Source: Candidatus Latescibacterota bacterium
Lineage (GTDB): Bacteria; Latescibacterota; UBA2968
DNA: 64,000 nt
Assembly: GCA_965198115.1 (NCBI GenBank)
Contig: OZ240241.1
Coordinates: 3,680,001 to 3,744,000 of the forward strand
Reading direction: 5' to 3'
In this document: piece by piece, positions 1-11,130 of the stretch
Layout of the letters: every line of letters begins with the position of its first letter
Position numbering within the stretch: position 1 is the first letter of the stretch
Notes under the pieces: model-generated
The model's input: only the letters and a program-made list of their open reading frames with translations
Databases searched by the model: none
Told to the model about the DNA's origin: nothing
Made by a program: the position numbers and the translations under genes

Positions 1-708
1 CGATGGCGTGCGGATTGGTCACTGCGAACGTCGTCAAGAACGACAAGACGATCACGGCAACGCCCGCGATCCGATGCGGATCGCGCCAGTGGAGAGCCAC
101 CCGCATGGACCGATGTTCGTGGGCGCAAGGAGGGTCGCCAACCCGATGATCGGGAGTAGGAACAGCCCTCCGTACTTGGTGTTGAAAGCTAGTGCCGCCA
201 GGACCGCAGCGCCCGCGACATCGAGCAGACTGAACCGCTGGCCGAGTCGGCAGACCATCAGCAGAGTCAGCAGAATCCAAAAGAGTTGAGGCAGATCGGG
301 GTGGATGGTCACACCCCACCGCAGAAAAATCGCGGTCAGGGCAAGCAGAGCCGTCCCGATCAAGCCCGCCACATTCCCCACACAGACACACCCGAGCCGG
401 TAGGTGAGGAACAAACATCCGATTCCAAAACAGGCGCAGACGGCTCGTAAAACGATCACGATCGTTCGGTCACTCGGATCGGTGAGGGGTGCCATCAGGA
501 CGTAGGGCACGTAGTAAAACAGACTGCCGTACTTGAACGACAGACCGACATCAAGACCCTGTCTGAGCAAGTATCTGATCTCGACAGCGGCACCTGCCTC
601 GTCCACTGAGAAGACATCGACCAGACGGATGTCATCGGCCGCGATCGCATAGCACGACAGAATCAGGATCAGAAACACACGGGACAACGACACGCTCGGC
701 AAGCTCAA
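1..708 (-). CDS. ArnT/PMT-like (GT39-type) membrane glycosyltransferase; runs off the left edge, apparent frameshift near 60-130
   Basis: Polytopic membrane ORF with an early DE motif (FSVDE), HPD and TKY motifs. The ORF stops at 52, but another frame continues IAGVAVIVLSFLTTFAVTNPHAI to the window edge. Confidence 0.65.
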
Positions 709-897
709 TCATCCTCGAAATGCGGTGGCAAGTGCTTTTGAATTCGCAACTTAGGCACGTTTTGAAATATAGGTCCTACGGATGAAGAGGGTCAACAGAC
801 GCCCGTGTCGACAGCTCACTCGCCACACCGGTCAACGCACTTCCATTCGGCCGGGCTGAGTTGACTTGAAAAGGCCCCTGGGTCATCTTTCGATGCC

Positions 898-2784
898 ATG
901 CCGCACATTCAGATCGAAAACGTCTCCAAAGCTTATGGAGCGCTCGACGTCCTGAAGGATATCTCCTGGGCCCTGAACCAGGGGGATCGCGTGGGACTTG
1001 TCGGCCGAAATGGCTGCGGCAAGACGACGCTCCTCCATATTCTGACCGGTGAGATCCGACCGGAGAGTGGATCCGTACACCGCACCCGGGGCCATCGGAT
1101 CGGTTATCTTGCCCAGGACCCGGAATTCGAGCCTTCCAGCACGGTTCTGTCCACGATCCTCGAAGGATTCGGTGACCTGCTCGACCTGCGGGCTCGACTT
1201 CGCGATCTCGAGACGCGCATGGCCCAGGGCGATCAGGAACCGTCCACGCTCGAGATCTACAGCAGGACCCACGCTCGCTACGAACACCTCGACGGCTACA
1301 CCCTCGAGGCCCGCGCGGGCGCCATCCTCGACGGTCTGGGATTCCCCCTTCGCGAGCACGAAACTCCCGTCGAAATCCTCAGCGGGGGCCAGCAGAACAG
1401 ACTCGCATTGGGACGTCTCCTGGCATCCACCCCCGACGTGCTCCTGCTCGACGAGCCCACGAACCACCTGGATTTGCGTGCGATCGAGTGGCTGGAGCGA
1501 TTCCTCTCCGACTACGAAGGCACCTACGTCGTCATCTCACACGATCGGTACTTCCTCGATCGCGCCGTTAAGACGATCGTCGAGATCGAGGACACGCATC
1601 TCCGGAGGTATTCCGGAAACTACAGTTTCTACGTCGCGGAGAAGGCACGGCAGGTCGGACAGCAAAGAAGCGCCTACGACACCCAGCAGGCCGAAATCGC
1701 ACGAACAGAAGACTACATCCGTCGTAATATCGCTGGCCAGAAGACCAAGCAGGCCAAGAGCCGACGGAAGACGCTCGAGAAGATGGACCGGGTCGAACGA
1801 CCCGGATCGCACAAAACCGTCGACTTGCGAATCGGGATCGGCAAACGGGGCGGCGATCGCGTACTTCAGGCCGAAGACATTGCCAAGTCCTACGGCGACC
1901 TCACACTGTTCGAAAACCTCAACTTCATCGCGTGGCGCGGGGACAGAATCGGGATCGTCGGACCGAACGGGGCGGGGAAAACGACCCTCATCAAAGTCCT
2001 GACGGGGGCCCTCCAACCCGACGCCGGATGGGTCAGGCTCGGTCACGATGTGGAGGTCGGATACTACGATCAGAATCGAATCGATCTGAACCTGAACAAG
2101 ACGGTGATCGAAGAAGTCTGGTCGGTTACCCCCGAATCGACCATCACGGAGATCCGGACGTACTTGGGCGCCTTCCTGTTCTCGGGCGACGAAGTCGAGA
2201 GCCGGGTCGAGCACCTGAGCGGAGGAGAGCAGAGCCGCGTCGCCCTCGCAAAGCTCGTCCGCCGCCCCCTCAACCTGCTCGTTCTAGACGAGCCGACGAA
2301 TCACCTCGACATTCCTTCCCGCCAGGCCCTCGAAGCCGCTCTCAAGCAGTTTCGGGGAACGATCGTGACCGTGTCTCACGATCGTTACTTCCTGAACGAC
2401 ACGATCAACCGGCTACTCGTCATCGACCAGGGCGCTTACCGCACCGTCGACGGCAACTACGACAGCGTGCAGCAGCTGTGGGACCCACCCGATGTAGGAA
2501 CTCAAAAGAAGCCTGTAAGGGGGGCCAGGGTGGCACCGCGTGCCAGAAACCGGGATGTTCAAAAGAGGCGCAAACGGATCGAGTCCATCGAGGCCGAAAT
2601 CGCGGACTTCGAGCGCGAAATCGGCCAGCTGGACGACGAGCTTGCGCGGGAGGATCTTGCGACGGACTGGGGTCGACTGAAGGAACTGACCGACGAGAAG
2701 ACCCGCTTGCAGAACGAAGTGGAAACGCGAATGGCCGAATGGGACGCCCTCGAGGCGTTCATCGAGGACGCGGAGGTAGGCTGA
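898..2784 (+). CDS. ABC-F family ATPase (Uup/YheS-like)
   Basis: Two ABC domains (GRNGCGKTT/LSGGQ/LLLDEPTNHLD and GPNGAGKTT/LSGGE/LVLDEPTNHLD), an interdomain linker and a C-terminal coiled coil; no TM segments. Confidence 0.93.
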   Translation: MPHIQIENVSKAYGALDVLKDISWALNQGDRVGLVGRNGCGKTTLLHILTGEIRPESGSVHRTRGHRIGYLAQDPEFEPSSTVLSTILEGFGDLLDLRARLRDLETRMAQGDQEPSTLEIYSRTHARYEHLDGYTLEARAGAILDGLGFPLREHETPVEILSGGQQNRLALGRLLASTPDVLLLDEPTNHLDLRAIEWLERFLSDYEGTYVVISHDRYFLDRAVKTIVEIEDTHLRRYSGNYSFYVAEKARQVGQQRSAYDTQQAEIARTEDYIRRNIAGQKTKQAKSRRKTLEKMDRVERPGSHKTVDLRIGIGKRGGDRVLQAEDIAKSYGDLTLFENLNFIAWRGDRIGIVGPNGAGKTTLIKVLTGALQPDAGWVRLGHDVEVGYYDQNRIDLNLNKTVIEEVWSVTPESTITEIRTYLGAFLFSGDEVESRVEHLSGGEQSRVALAKLVRRPLNLLVLDEPTNHLDIPSRQALEAALKQFRGTIVTVSHDRYFLNDTINRLLVIDQGAYRTVDGNYDSVQQLWDPPDVGTQKKPVRGARVAPRARNRDVQKRRKRIESIEAEIADFEREIGQLDDELAREDLATDWGRLKELTDEKTRLQNEVETRMAEWDALEAFIEDAEVG

Positions 2785-3495
2785 GTGGCCCGGATCCTGG
2801 CGGTCGACGACATGCCCCTGCACCTAGACTACCTGCAGGAGGAACTGACACATCTCGGCCACGAGGTCGTGACGGCCGAAGACGGCCAGGAAGCTCTGCG
2901 GGCGGTTTCAGAACACCAACCAGACATCGTGCTACTCGATCTGTCCATGCCCGGCATGGACGGCCTTCAAGTCCTTCAAGTTCTCCGAAGAGAGGAAGCC
3001 TACGCATCTCTACCGGTGATCATGCTGACGGCACGGAAGGAGTATGAAGATCGGATTGCGGGACTCGACGCGGGCGCCGACGACTACATCACCAAGCCTT
3101 TTCACATCGGTGAGGTCTCTGCGAGGATCAAGGCCCTGCTGCGAATTCGCGACCTGCAGGCCAGCGTCCTCGAACGCGAAAAACGACTCGCGCAGCTTCG
3201 AGGCGTAGCCCAGACCCTCGTCACCCTGGCTCATCATCTCAACAACGCGACGCAATCGATTTCGGGGACCGCCCAGCTCGCGGCGTCGAACCCAGAGGAC
3301 ACGGGACTGTCGGAGCAGCTGCGCGAGGTAGCCATCCGACAGACCGAGAAAATCAGCGCTGTCCTTCAGACGCTTCAGCACACGGTCGACAACGTCGAAA
3401 TCGGCACGGTCGACTACGCTGGGGAACCCGACCGTATGCTGGACATCGAAGCGGAGTTGAGACAACGACTCGACGAAATCGATTCCGCACCCTGA
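2785..3495 (+). CDS. Response regulator: receiver domain plus HisKA-like H-box helix, no kinase catalytic domain
   Basis: ILAVDD...LLDLSMPGMDG...MLTA...KPF receiver motifs, then LAHHLNN; GTG start directly abuts the ABC-F stop codon. Confidence 0.85.
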   Translation: MARILAVDDMPLHLDYLQEELTHLGHEVVTAEDGQEALRAVSEHQPDIVLLDLSMPGMDGLQVLQVLRREEAYASLPVIMLTARKEYEDRIAGLDAGADDYITKPFHIGEVSARIKALLRIRDLQASVLEREKRLAQLRGVAQTLVTLAHHLNNATQSISGTAQLAASNPEDTGLSEQLREVAIRQTEKISAVLQTLQHTVDNVEIGTVDYAGEPDRMLDIEAELRQRLDEIDSAP

Positions 3496-3502
3496 CGAAA
3501 CA

Positions 3503-3535
3503 GAAAAAGGCCGCCCGAATCTGGACGGCCCTCTC
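3503..3535 (-). terminator. Intrinsic terminator after fabZ (between convergent genes)
   Basis: Minus strand reads GGCCGTCCAGATTCGGGCGGCC followed by TTTTT. Confidence 0.6.
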
Positions 3536-3554
3536 TCAAGACGGCTGCCGACAC

Positions 3555-3998
3555 TCAGGATACGTCTTCTAGGTCGACCAGCGTCGCCAGGATCTCGGCC
3601 TCCGACGCCACCTCGTCGCCCACCTTGGCGGTCGCCGAAACACGGACGACCTGTCTCCGCTGCTGGATCATCACCGCTTCCAAAATGAGCTGATCGCCCG
3701 GGACGACTCGTCGTCTGAACCGAGCCTTGTCGATTCCCATGAAGAGTGGAATCTGGCCCGCGCCCTCCTCCCCGACCATGAGGGCGGCGGTCTGTGCCAT
3801 GGCTTCCACGAGCAGCACCCCGGGCATCGTCGGTCGACCGGGGAAGTGCCCCTGAAAAAAGGGCTCGTTGGCGGTCACATTTTTCACGCCGACAGCCCGT
3901 ACTCCCGGTTCGAGCTCGATGATCGCGTCGACCATCAGAATCGGGAAACGGTGCGGCAGGATCCGCTGGATCGCCGCGTTGTCCAAGACGACCGCCAA
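3555..3998 (-). CDS. fabZ: 3-hydroxyacyl-ACP dehydratase FabZ
   Basis: LPHRFPILMVD, KNVTANEPFFQGHFPGRPTMPGVLLVEAMAQ. Confidence 0.95.
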   Translation of the reverse strand: MAVVLDNAAIQRILPHRFPILMVDAIIELEPGVRAVGVKNVTANEPFFQGHFPGRPTMPGVLLVEAMAQTAALMVGEEGAGQIPLFMGIDKARFRRRVVPGDQLILEAVMIQQRRQVVRVSATAKVGDEVASEAEILATLVDLEDVS

Positions 3999-4000
3999 AC

Positions 4001-4570
4001 CTAACGACCTGTCCTCGTCCCTGTCCCCCCTGTCTCTCTCTCGAGTTCGGTCTTCGTCGCTTCCTCCAGCGCCTCCAGAACTAACCGGGTCAGGTCGTGA
4101 CTTTCGTCCGCGAAGGCCAGGGCCGCCGTGTTCAACACGAAGTCGTAGCCCTTGTCTTTTGCGACTTCGGCGATGACCTCGTTGACCTGCCCGATGATCG
4201 GCTGCAGAAGCTCCTGCGTCTTACGCTGCAGCTTTCCGCCCTGCCCGCTGACCTCTTCCAAAAACTGTCGGAGCTCCACTTCTTTCTTCTGGATCGATTG
4301 CTGCTCTTCCTTCTTGCGCTGCTCGCTCATCAGAAGAGACTGACGCTCGAAGCTGTCCTTGAGTCGTGCCAGCTCATTCTGGGCCTTGCTGAACTCACGT
4401 GTAAGCTCCTCTTCGAAGCGCTGGGCTTCCTTCTGGGCGTCCAGGAACTTTTGAAAGTTCGTCGTAATCGCATCCGCATCGATGTAGCCGATTTTCGACT
4501 GGGCGTCAGCCCCGCCGACGAGAAGGATCGAGGCGGCCAGAATCGTCAATAGTTTCTTGTGCATATCCAT
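4001..4570 (-). CDS. skp: OmpH/Skp periplasmic chaperone
   Basis: Signal peptide, KIGYID, long coiled coil, GYDFVL...DLT. AGGAG RBS precedes the ATG at 4570; lies directly downstream of bamA. Confidence 0.88.
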   Translation of the reverse strand: MDMHKKLLTILAASILLVGGADAQSKIGYIDADAITTNFQKFLDAQKEAQRFEEELTREFSKAQNELARLKDSFERQSLLMSEQRKKEEQQSIQKKEVELRQFLEEVSGQGGKLQRKTQELLQPIIGQVNEVIAEVAKDKGYDFVLNTAALAFADESHDLTRLVLEALEEATKTELERETGGTGTRTGR

Positions 4571-4653
4571 CTCCTGTGAGGTCGTGCGAAACCCGGCGGC
4601 TCGACCGCCACGCAACTCGTGTGTGAAGGCTGTGTCGTCCGTTTGAGCGTGTC

Positions 4654-7026
4654 TTAGAATTGGGGTCCAAATTGAAAGTGTGTCAACATCTGCGTGGGGA
4701 GCTTGTTCCCAGCCGAATCCCGACGGTCGAAGCCCCAAGCGAAATCGAATCCCATGATGCCCAGGAGCGGAGCCACGATGCGAATACCGAACCCAACCGA
4801 TCGTCTGAGATCGAGCATGCTGATCCTGGCGTGATCGTCCCACGCGTTGCCCGCGTCGGCGAACACGAGCGCATAGAATTGGTTCACCGCCAGAGGAATG
4901 CTGACTTCGGCGTTGAACAGCAGCTGCGACGTCCCCCCGATCGGAACGCCGGCCGAGTTGAGCGGACCGACCGACTGATCCTCGTACCCGCGGAGCTGCG
5001 TCCTATCGAACAGGGAGACGCCTCCGGGAGTGTAGAGTTCGCTGAAGGGAATCGGTTCGTTCCCATACCCGATCACCATGCCCAGGGTCGTCTTCAGACT
5101 GATTGCCGTCTTCCAAAACATCGGGTAGTAGAAGGTCGAGGTGATGTCGTGTTTGTGGAAGTTGACATTGCCCCCCAGAGGACCTCCAGCCACCTCCGGT
5201 CGGTAGCTGAACACGGACCCTATCGTCGCGAACGTGGGGAGGTCGCGGCTGTCCCTGGAGAAACTCATAGAGATGGCGCTCGTCACGTTGTCCCGCAGGG
5301 CGGGATCCCCGATACGAGTGGAATCTCGAAAATTGATGAAAGACACCTCGGACAGACTGTAGCCCAATGAAACGCTCGAAAAGTCTGGCCACTTCAGACG
5401 ACGACCGAGCCGAACCGAGCCACCCTGGCTGCGCTGGTCGAAATCGGCGAAAAACCGCTGGGTCGTTCGGAAGAGCTGGCCGGAAAGACTCGTGGGCGTG
5501 TTGAACATCCACGGCTCCGTGAACCCGAGCACGAAGGTCTCGCGCTGAGATCCGAACTCCCACTGGAAGTCGAGTTGCTGACCGTTCCCCATAAAGTTCG
5601 GAATCTGTAGCCCCAGCGTTCCCACCAGACCGTCCTGCTCGCTAAAACCCGCCCCGATCGACGCCGTACCCGTCTGCTTCTCCTCGACCGACACGACCAG
5701 GTCGATCTCCGACGTCGCCTCGTTCGTCTCGATGTCGGGCTCTACATTATTGAAAAAATTCAACTGCATCAGATTGCGAACACTACGTTCGATCTTCGAA
5801 CGCTGGAAAGTGTCGCCTGGCTGAATCCACAGCTCGCGCCGGATCACACGATCCTTCGTCTTGGTGTTCCCCGCGATCACGATCTCTCGCACCTTCCACG
5901 GGTCGTTCTCGATCACCGAATAGTGGAGGTTTACGATGTTGTCTTCGGCCGGCTCTTCCTTGCGCGAGACATACGCGCCGATGTAGCCGATGTCCATGTA
6001 GGCATTCCGCAGCTGCTCGAGCGACTTGTCGATGCGCTCGGTACTGTAGACAGCTCCCTCCTTCGACACGATCATCTCGTCGAACACGAAATCCGGCAGA
6101 TGCTCGTTTCCGTCCCACGAAACCGCGCCGACTCGGAATAGGGGGCCCTCGTCGATCGTGATGTGGATGAACAGGTCGCGCCCGGTCGAGTCGAAGAACA
6201 GGCTGTCGCTGACGACTTCCACTTGCCGGTAGCCGTTCTCACGATAGAAGCCCACGACCTTCTGCTTGTCCTCGTCGTAGAGATCCGCGTCGTATTTGCC
6301 TCCACCGAACCACCACCCGTCCTGTTTGGTTTCCTTCATCTGCTTCCGAAGCTTGCGGTCGGAGAAAGCCACATTGCCATCGAACGTAATTCGCTTCAGG
6401 TTGACTTTGGGGCCTTCCTGGATGCGGAAGATCAGCTCGACACGCCCGTCCTTGTCGGGGCGCCCTATCTCGGTCGAGACGCGCGCCAGATTGTGACCCT
6501 TTTCGTGGTAAGCCTCTCGGATGCCGAGTTCAGCCTCCACGCGGGCTTGAGGCCTGAGCACTTCGCCCCGTATGAACCCTGCCGTCTTTCTGAGTTTCTT
6601 GTCTTTGATCGCCTTGTTGCCCTCGAATCGGACCTCGCCGAGCCGGGGGTATTCCCGTACCTCGAAGATCACCACCACACCCCCCTCAGCCTCTTCGACG
6701 TAGACCTTGATGTCCTCGAACAGCCCGACACTGAAGAGATTTCGAATGGCGGTCGCGGGATGGTCGGGTTGGAGACGCTGATCGATGTCCAGACCGCTCT
6801 GAAAACGGACCAGCGACGCCTCGGTGATCTCGTTCCCCTCGACCCGAATCTCCTTGATCAAGGGACGTGGCGCACCCTGCCCCGACGCCGGGCGAAACCC
6901 GGCCAGAACCAACAGCAACGCACCGAGACATGGGGTCATTCGACGATACACAGACACTCCAGGCCGACGTAGGAACCTACGTTCCGAAATACGCGTGGCC
7001 CGTAAAAAGGTTCCCCGCTCAATCAC
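4654..7026 (-). CDS. bamA: Outer membrane protein assembly factor BamA (true start may be near 6939)
   Basis: POTRA repeats (IRVEGN, GNTKTKDRVIRRE), LRGY motif in the barrel, C-terminal FQFGPQF. Confidence 0.93.
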   Translation of the reverse strand: MIERGTFLRATRISERRFLRRPGVSVYRRMTPCLGALLLVLAGFRPASGQGAPRPLIKEIRVEGNEITEASLVRFQSGLDIDQRLQPDHPATAIRNLFSVGLFEDIKVYVEEAEGGVVVIFEVREYPRLGEVRFEGNKAIKDKKLRKTAGFIRGEVLRPQARVEAELGIREAYHEKGHNLARVSTEIGRPDKDGRVELIFRIQEGPKVNLKRITFDGNVAFSDRKLRKQMKETKQDGWWFGGGKYDADLYDEDKQKVVGFYRENGYRQVEVVSDSLFFDSTGRDLFIHITIDEGPLFRVGAVSWDGNEHLPDFVFDEMIVSKEGAVYSTERIDKSLEQLRNAYMDIGYIGAYVSRKEEPAEDNIVNLHYSVIENDPWKVREIVIAGNTKTKDRVIRRELWIQPGDTFQRSKIERSVRNLMQLNFFNNVEPDIETNEATSEIDLVVSVEEKQTGTASIGAGFSEQDGLVGTLGLQIPNFMGNGQQLDFQWEFGSQRETFVLGFTEPWMFNTPTSLSGQLFRTTQRFFADFDQRSQGGSVRLGRRLKWPDFSSVSLGYSLSEVSFINFRDSTRIGDPALRDNVTSAISMSFSRDSRDLPTFATIGSVFSYRPEVAGGPLGGNVNFHKHDITSTFYYPMFWKTAISLKTTLGMVIGYGNEPIPFSELYTPGGVSLFDRTQLRGYEDQSVGPLNSAGVPIGGTSQLLFNAEVSIPLAVNQFYALVFADAGNAWDDHARISMLDLRRSVGFGIRIVAPLLGIMGFDFAWGFDRRDSAGNKLPTQMLTHFQFGPQF

Positions 7027-7084
7027 GGAAAACGGGCCCGGTAAACGGTCTCCGGGCCCGTCAGGTAGCTCTCATCCGTCGTGG

Positions 7085-9541
7085 TTACGCTTTGTCTCGA
7101 TCCACCACCTCGGCATCCACCTCCGCCGTCTCGTCCGTGAAGTGAAGGTTTTTGCCCTTTTTGGAGATCCGAATCTTGCTGCCCTCGCGAAACCGCCCCA
7201 TCAGAATCTCTTCGGCAAGTGGGTCCTCGACCAGCTTCTGGATCATCCGTTTCAGCTGACGGGCCCCGTAGGTGGGGTCGAAGCCCTTTTCCGCCACGAG
7301 CGCCTTGGCGCCAGGTGTCAGACTCAACGACATGCCCCGTTCCTCGACACGCTCAAGGACGGAAACGAGCATGATGTCGACGATCTGGATGATGTCCTTT
7401 CGATCGAGTGGATTGAAAATGACGGTCTCGTCTAGCCGGTTGATGAATTCGGGGCTGAACGCCTTTTTCACCTCTTCATTGATGCGCTGGTCCATGCGTT
7501 CCTTGAGTGACTTCTTGTCCGAGGCCTGGAACCCGAGGCCGCCCGATTTAGCGACCTCTTTCGTACCCAGGTTGGAAGTCATGATAAGGATGGTGTTTTT
7601 AAAATTGACCTTCCGCCCAAAACTGTCGGTCAACCGGCCTTCATCCAGAAGCTGGAGCAACAGGTTGAACACATCCGGGTGGGCCTTTTCGATCTCGTCG
7701 AGCAACACCACGGAATAGGGCCGTCTCCTGACTTTTTCGGTGAGCTGGCCGCCCTCGTCGTAGCCGATATATCCCGGAGGAGCACCGACGAGCCTCGAGA
7801 TTGCAAATTTCTCCATGTACTCCGACATGTCGACGGTGATCAGAGCCTCGTCGTCGTCGAACAGATACCGCGCCAGCGACTGCGCGAGGTGGGTCTTTCC
7901 GATCCCGGTCGGGCCCAGGAACATGAATGTCCCGATCGGTCTGTTCGGGTCTTTGAGTCCGGCGCGAGTCCGCCGAATCGAGCGGCACACGATCTTGACC
8001 GCCGCCTCCTGGCCGACGACCTGTTCTTTGAGTTCGTCTTCCATGCGAAGTAACTTCTCGGACTCGGCTTCGGCGAGCCTGAACACTGGAATCCCGGTCA
8101 TACTCGCGATGACCTCGGCGATGTTGTCCTCGGTGACCTCGACGACTTCGTCCTTCACTTTGCTATCCCAGGTCTTTCGCTTCTCTTCCAACAGTGCCTT
8201 CTTCGATCGCTCCTGATCCCTCAGTTTCGCCGCTTCCTCGAACTGCTGTTTGTCGGCAGCCGTATCCTTGTCGCGTGTGATCTTCTCGATCTCCAGCTCG
8301 AGGTCTTTGATCTCCTCGGGTGGATTCAGTCGAGCAAGACGGACACGTGACCCGGTTTCGTCGATCACGTCGATCGCCTTGTCAGGAAGATGTCGATCGG
8401 TGATGTATCGATCGGCCAGACGGACGGAGGCGTCGATCGCCTGCTCCGTGTACTGCACCTTGTGGTGTACCTCGTAGCTGGTTTTCAACCCCTTCAGGAT
8501 CTCTATCGTGTCGTCGGGCGATGGCGCATCGACCAAGATCGTCTGAAAGCGACGCTCCAGGGCGCCGTCTTTCTCGATGTATTTGCGATACTCATCGAGC
8601 GTCGTGGCGCCGATGCACTGAAGCTCGCCACGGGACAGCGCAGGTTTGAACATGTTCGACGCATCGAGCGTGCCCTCGGCCGATCCGGCCCCGACGATCG
8701 TGTGAAGCTCGTCGATGAAGATCACCACATCGTTGCTCTGCTGGAGCTCGTTCATCACCGCCTTGATTCGTTCTTCGAACTGACCGCGATATTTCGTTCC
8801 TGCGACGATCCCACCCATGTCGAGGGTGACGACACGCTTGTCGGCCAGGACCTGAGGCACGCGACGCTCAACGATGCGCTGCGCCAGCCCCTCTACGATC
8901 GAGGTCTTGCCGACACCGGGCTCACCGATCAGCACCGGATTGTTCTTCTTTCGGCGGCTGAGCACTTGCGACACACGCTCGATCTCGTCGTTGCGACCGA
9001 TCACCGGATCCAGTTTGCCTTGTTTGGCCAGTTCAGTCAGGTCACGGCCGAAGTGATCCAGAAAAGGCGTCTTGCTCTTCTTCTTCTCCCGCTTTCCCGT
9101 CGGTTTGCCCTGCAGGACGGCGATCACCTCCTCCTTCGCCGTCTTGTGGTCGACACCGAAGGCAGCCAGGATCTGCGCGGCCACGCCGTCCTTGTCTTTG
9201 AGCAGCGCCAGCAGCAGGTGGCAGGTCTTCACGAACTGGCTCTTCATTTCCTTCGCTTCGTTCGCCGCGATTTCAAGGATCTGCTTCGCCCGGGGCGTGA
9301 AGGGGACCTCGCCCATGGTCATCGATCCACCCGAAGAGGCCACGTAGTCGTCGATCGACTGCTTGATGTTCTCAAGGTTCAGACCGAGGTTTTGCAAAAC
9401 AGTGGTCGCCGAACCTTTGCCCTCTCGGATGATACCGAGCAGGAGATGCTCGGTCCCGATGTAGTTGTGACCGAGTCGGGCAGCTTCCTCCCGAGCCAGC
9501 TGCATCACGCGCTTCACACGGTCTGAGAACATGTTGTTCAT
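7085..9541 (-). CDS. clpC: ATP-dependent Clp protease ATPase ClpC
   Basis: Clp-N repeats, [11 protein letters not shown] coiled coil, [20 protein letters not shown], and a P-loop LGF motif. Confidence 0.95.
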   Translation of the reverse strand: MNNMFSDRVKRVMQLAREEAARLGHNYIGTEHLLLGIIREGKGSATTVLQNLGLNLENIKQSIDDYVASSGGSMTMGEVPFTPRAKQILEIAANEAKEMKSQFVKTCHLLLALLKDKDGVAAQILAAFGVDHKTAKEEVIAVLQGKPTGKREKKKSKTPFLDHFGRDLTELAKQGKLDPVIGRNDEIERVSQVLSRRKKNNPVLIGEPGVGKTSIVEGLAQRIVERRVPQVLADKRVVTLDMGGIVAGTKYRGQFEERIKAVMNELQQSNDVVIFIDELHTIVGAGSAEGTLDASNMFKPALSRGELQCIGATTLDEYRKYIEKDGALERRFQTILVDAPSPDDTIEILKGLKTSYEVHHKVQYTEQAIDASVRLADRYITDRHLPDKAIDVIDETGSRVRLARLNPPEEIKDLELEIEKITRDKDTAADKQQFEEAAKLRDQERSKKALLEEKRKTWDSKVKDEVVEVTEDNIAEVIASMTGIPVFRLAEAESEKLLRMEDELKEQVVGQEAAVKIVCRSIRRTRAGLKDPNRPIGTFMFLGPTGIGKTHLAQSLARYLFDDDEALITVDMSEYMEKFAISRLVGAPPGYIGYDEGGQLTEKVRRRPYSVVLLDEIEKAHPDVFNLLLQLLDEGRLTDSFGRKVNFKNTILIMTSNLGTKEVAKSGGLGFQASDKKSLKERMDQRINEEVKKAFSPEFINRLDETVIFNPLDRKDIIQIVDIMLVSVLERVEERGMSLSLTPGAKALVAEKGFDPTYGARQLKRMIQKLVEDPLAEEILMGRFREGSKIRISKKGKNLHFTDETAEVDAEVVDRDKA

Positions 9542-9625
9542 TGTGACGACTCCTCTTCTTTCACACCCATTTGGAGGGGATCCGGAACGAACCCTCTCGA
9601 ATAATCCCCGATTGACACTCGCGAT

Positions 9626-10660
9626 TCAAGCCGCGAGCTGAGTTCTCACCTGTTTGGCTCTCAGGACGTCCCGCTCGTCCGGGGAGAGCGTCCGACCTGC
9701 CCTGAACTGCAGGTGCGAAGGCTTGGACTCGACCATCAGACGATTGAGCGATCCCAGCTCGACGCCCTCGACCATCTTCAGATCGATGCCCAACCGAAGC
9801 GCGGAGGAAAAATTCATCAGCTCCTGCGAAGTCAGGAGTCGCGCGTGACGCAGGATCCCGAGCGCGCGTCCGACCTTGTCTTCGATTTGCGTTTTGGCCT
9901 CGCGCAACAGCGTTTCGCGCGCGTTCGTTTCACACGCGATCAGCTCCTCTACGACGCTCCTCAGGTCGTTCAGCAGCGCTTCTTCGGACCTGCCCATCGT
10001 CAGCTGGTTTGAAATCTGATAGAGATTGCCAGCCGACGCGGTGCCTTCGCCATAGATGCCGCGGACCACGAACCCCATTTGGGCAACCCCGCGTACGACA
10101 CGCTCCATCTCGCGGGTCAACACGAGTCCGGGGAGGTGAATCAGGACAGAAGCACGAAGCCCTGTCCCGGCGTTCGTGGCACACGCCGTAAGATAACCCC
10201 ATCTGTCCGATTCGGCGAACGTCAGTTGGCCCGACAGCTGGGCCTCCAGACCACGGGCCGCTGTCCACGCCTCGTCCGGGTGAAACCCGGAAAGAATGGA
10301 CTGAATGCGAAGGTGATCCTCCTCGTTCACCATCACGCTCAAACACTCGCCCGAGCCGACGAGAACACCCCGAGCCCCACTTTCATCGGCCAGGCTGGGG
10401 CTGATCAGATGACGTTCGACCAGGAGTTGCCTTTCGAGCTCGGAAAGATCCGTCGTCTCGAAGAACACCATCGTATCCGGCGGCGTGGTGGCGACCGCGT
10501 CGACGACGGCCCGCTTCTCGGCCTCGTTCGCGCGGTGCGTGAACGGGATATGATCGAGGTTGCGCGCCAGACGGACGCGGCTGCTCACGACCACCGACGA
10601 GGCCTGGCCCGTGCCGTCGAGCCACGAGGCCGTACCGTCCGCCAGATCCTGAAACGTCAC
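9626..10660 (-). CDS. mcsB: Protein arginine kinase McsB
   Basis: SSRVRLARN, VMVNEEDHLRIQ, GYLTACATNAGTGLRASV; immediately upstream of clpC. Confidence 0.92.
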   Translation of the reverse strand: MTFQDLADGTASWLDGTGQASSVVVSSRVRLARNLDHIPFTHRANEAEKRAVVDAVATTPPDTMVFFETTDLSELERQLLVERHLISPSLADESGARGVLVGSGECLSVMVNEEDHLRIQSILSGFHPDEAWTAARGLEAQLSGQLTFAESDRWGYLTACATNAGTGLRASVLIHLPGLVLTREMERVVRGVAQMGFVVRGIYGEGTASAGNLYQISNQLTMGRSEEALLNDLRSVVEELIACETNARETLLREAKTQIEDKVGRALGILRHARLLTSQELMNFSSALRLGIDLKMVEGVELGSLNRLMVESKPSHLQFRAGRTLSPDERDVLRAKQVRTQLAA

Positions 10661-11130
10661 CGGTGTGGCGCCCCTTCCCCACGGGCCCGCCGAATCTGAT
10701 CGCGAAGATCGGCCGCCTCTTCGAACGCCTCCTGCCGCACCGCCTCCTCGAGTGCCCGCTCCAGCCCATCCAGGTCGACCGCGGGGGGTTCCGGTCTGTG
10801 CTCAGCCACGCCTTGAACCCGCCTGAATAGCCGTCCCAGGTGAGGGTCGAACGCTTCGTAGCACCGGGCGCAACCGAACAAGCCGCTTTTCCGAAACTCT
10901 GCAAAACTCTTGCCACACCCGGGGCACGAAACGGCAGGCGCCTGCTCCCCGCGTGTCATGGTCTGAATCGTGATGGCCACACCCCCGGCCCCGTTCAGCG
11001 TCGACGCGCAAGACGGGCAGAGGTGCGTCACCTTGTGCTGTTCACCCACGACCTTGGTGATCACCACCGTCGCCTCGTTCTCCTGGCAGTTTTGACAATT
11101 CACGTCACTCCGCCCTGCCGATGTGGCCAT
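10657..11130 (-). CDS. mcsA: McsA zinc-finger/UVR activator (start probably near 11100)
   Basis: Four CxxC motifs (CQNC, CPSC, CPGC, CARC) and a UVR motif EAFEEAADLRDQI. Confidence 0.88.
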   Translation of the reverse strand: MATSAGRSDVNCQNCQENEATVVITKVVGEQHKVTHLCPSCASTLNGAGGVAITIQTMTRGEQAPAVSCPGCGKSFAEFRKSGLFGCARCYEAFDPHLGRLFRRVQGVAEHRPEPPAVDLDGLERALEEAVRQEAFEEAADLRDQIRRARGEGAPHR

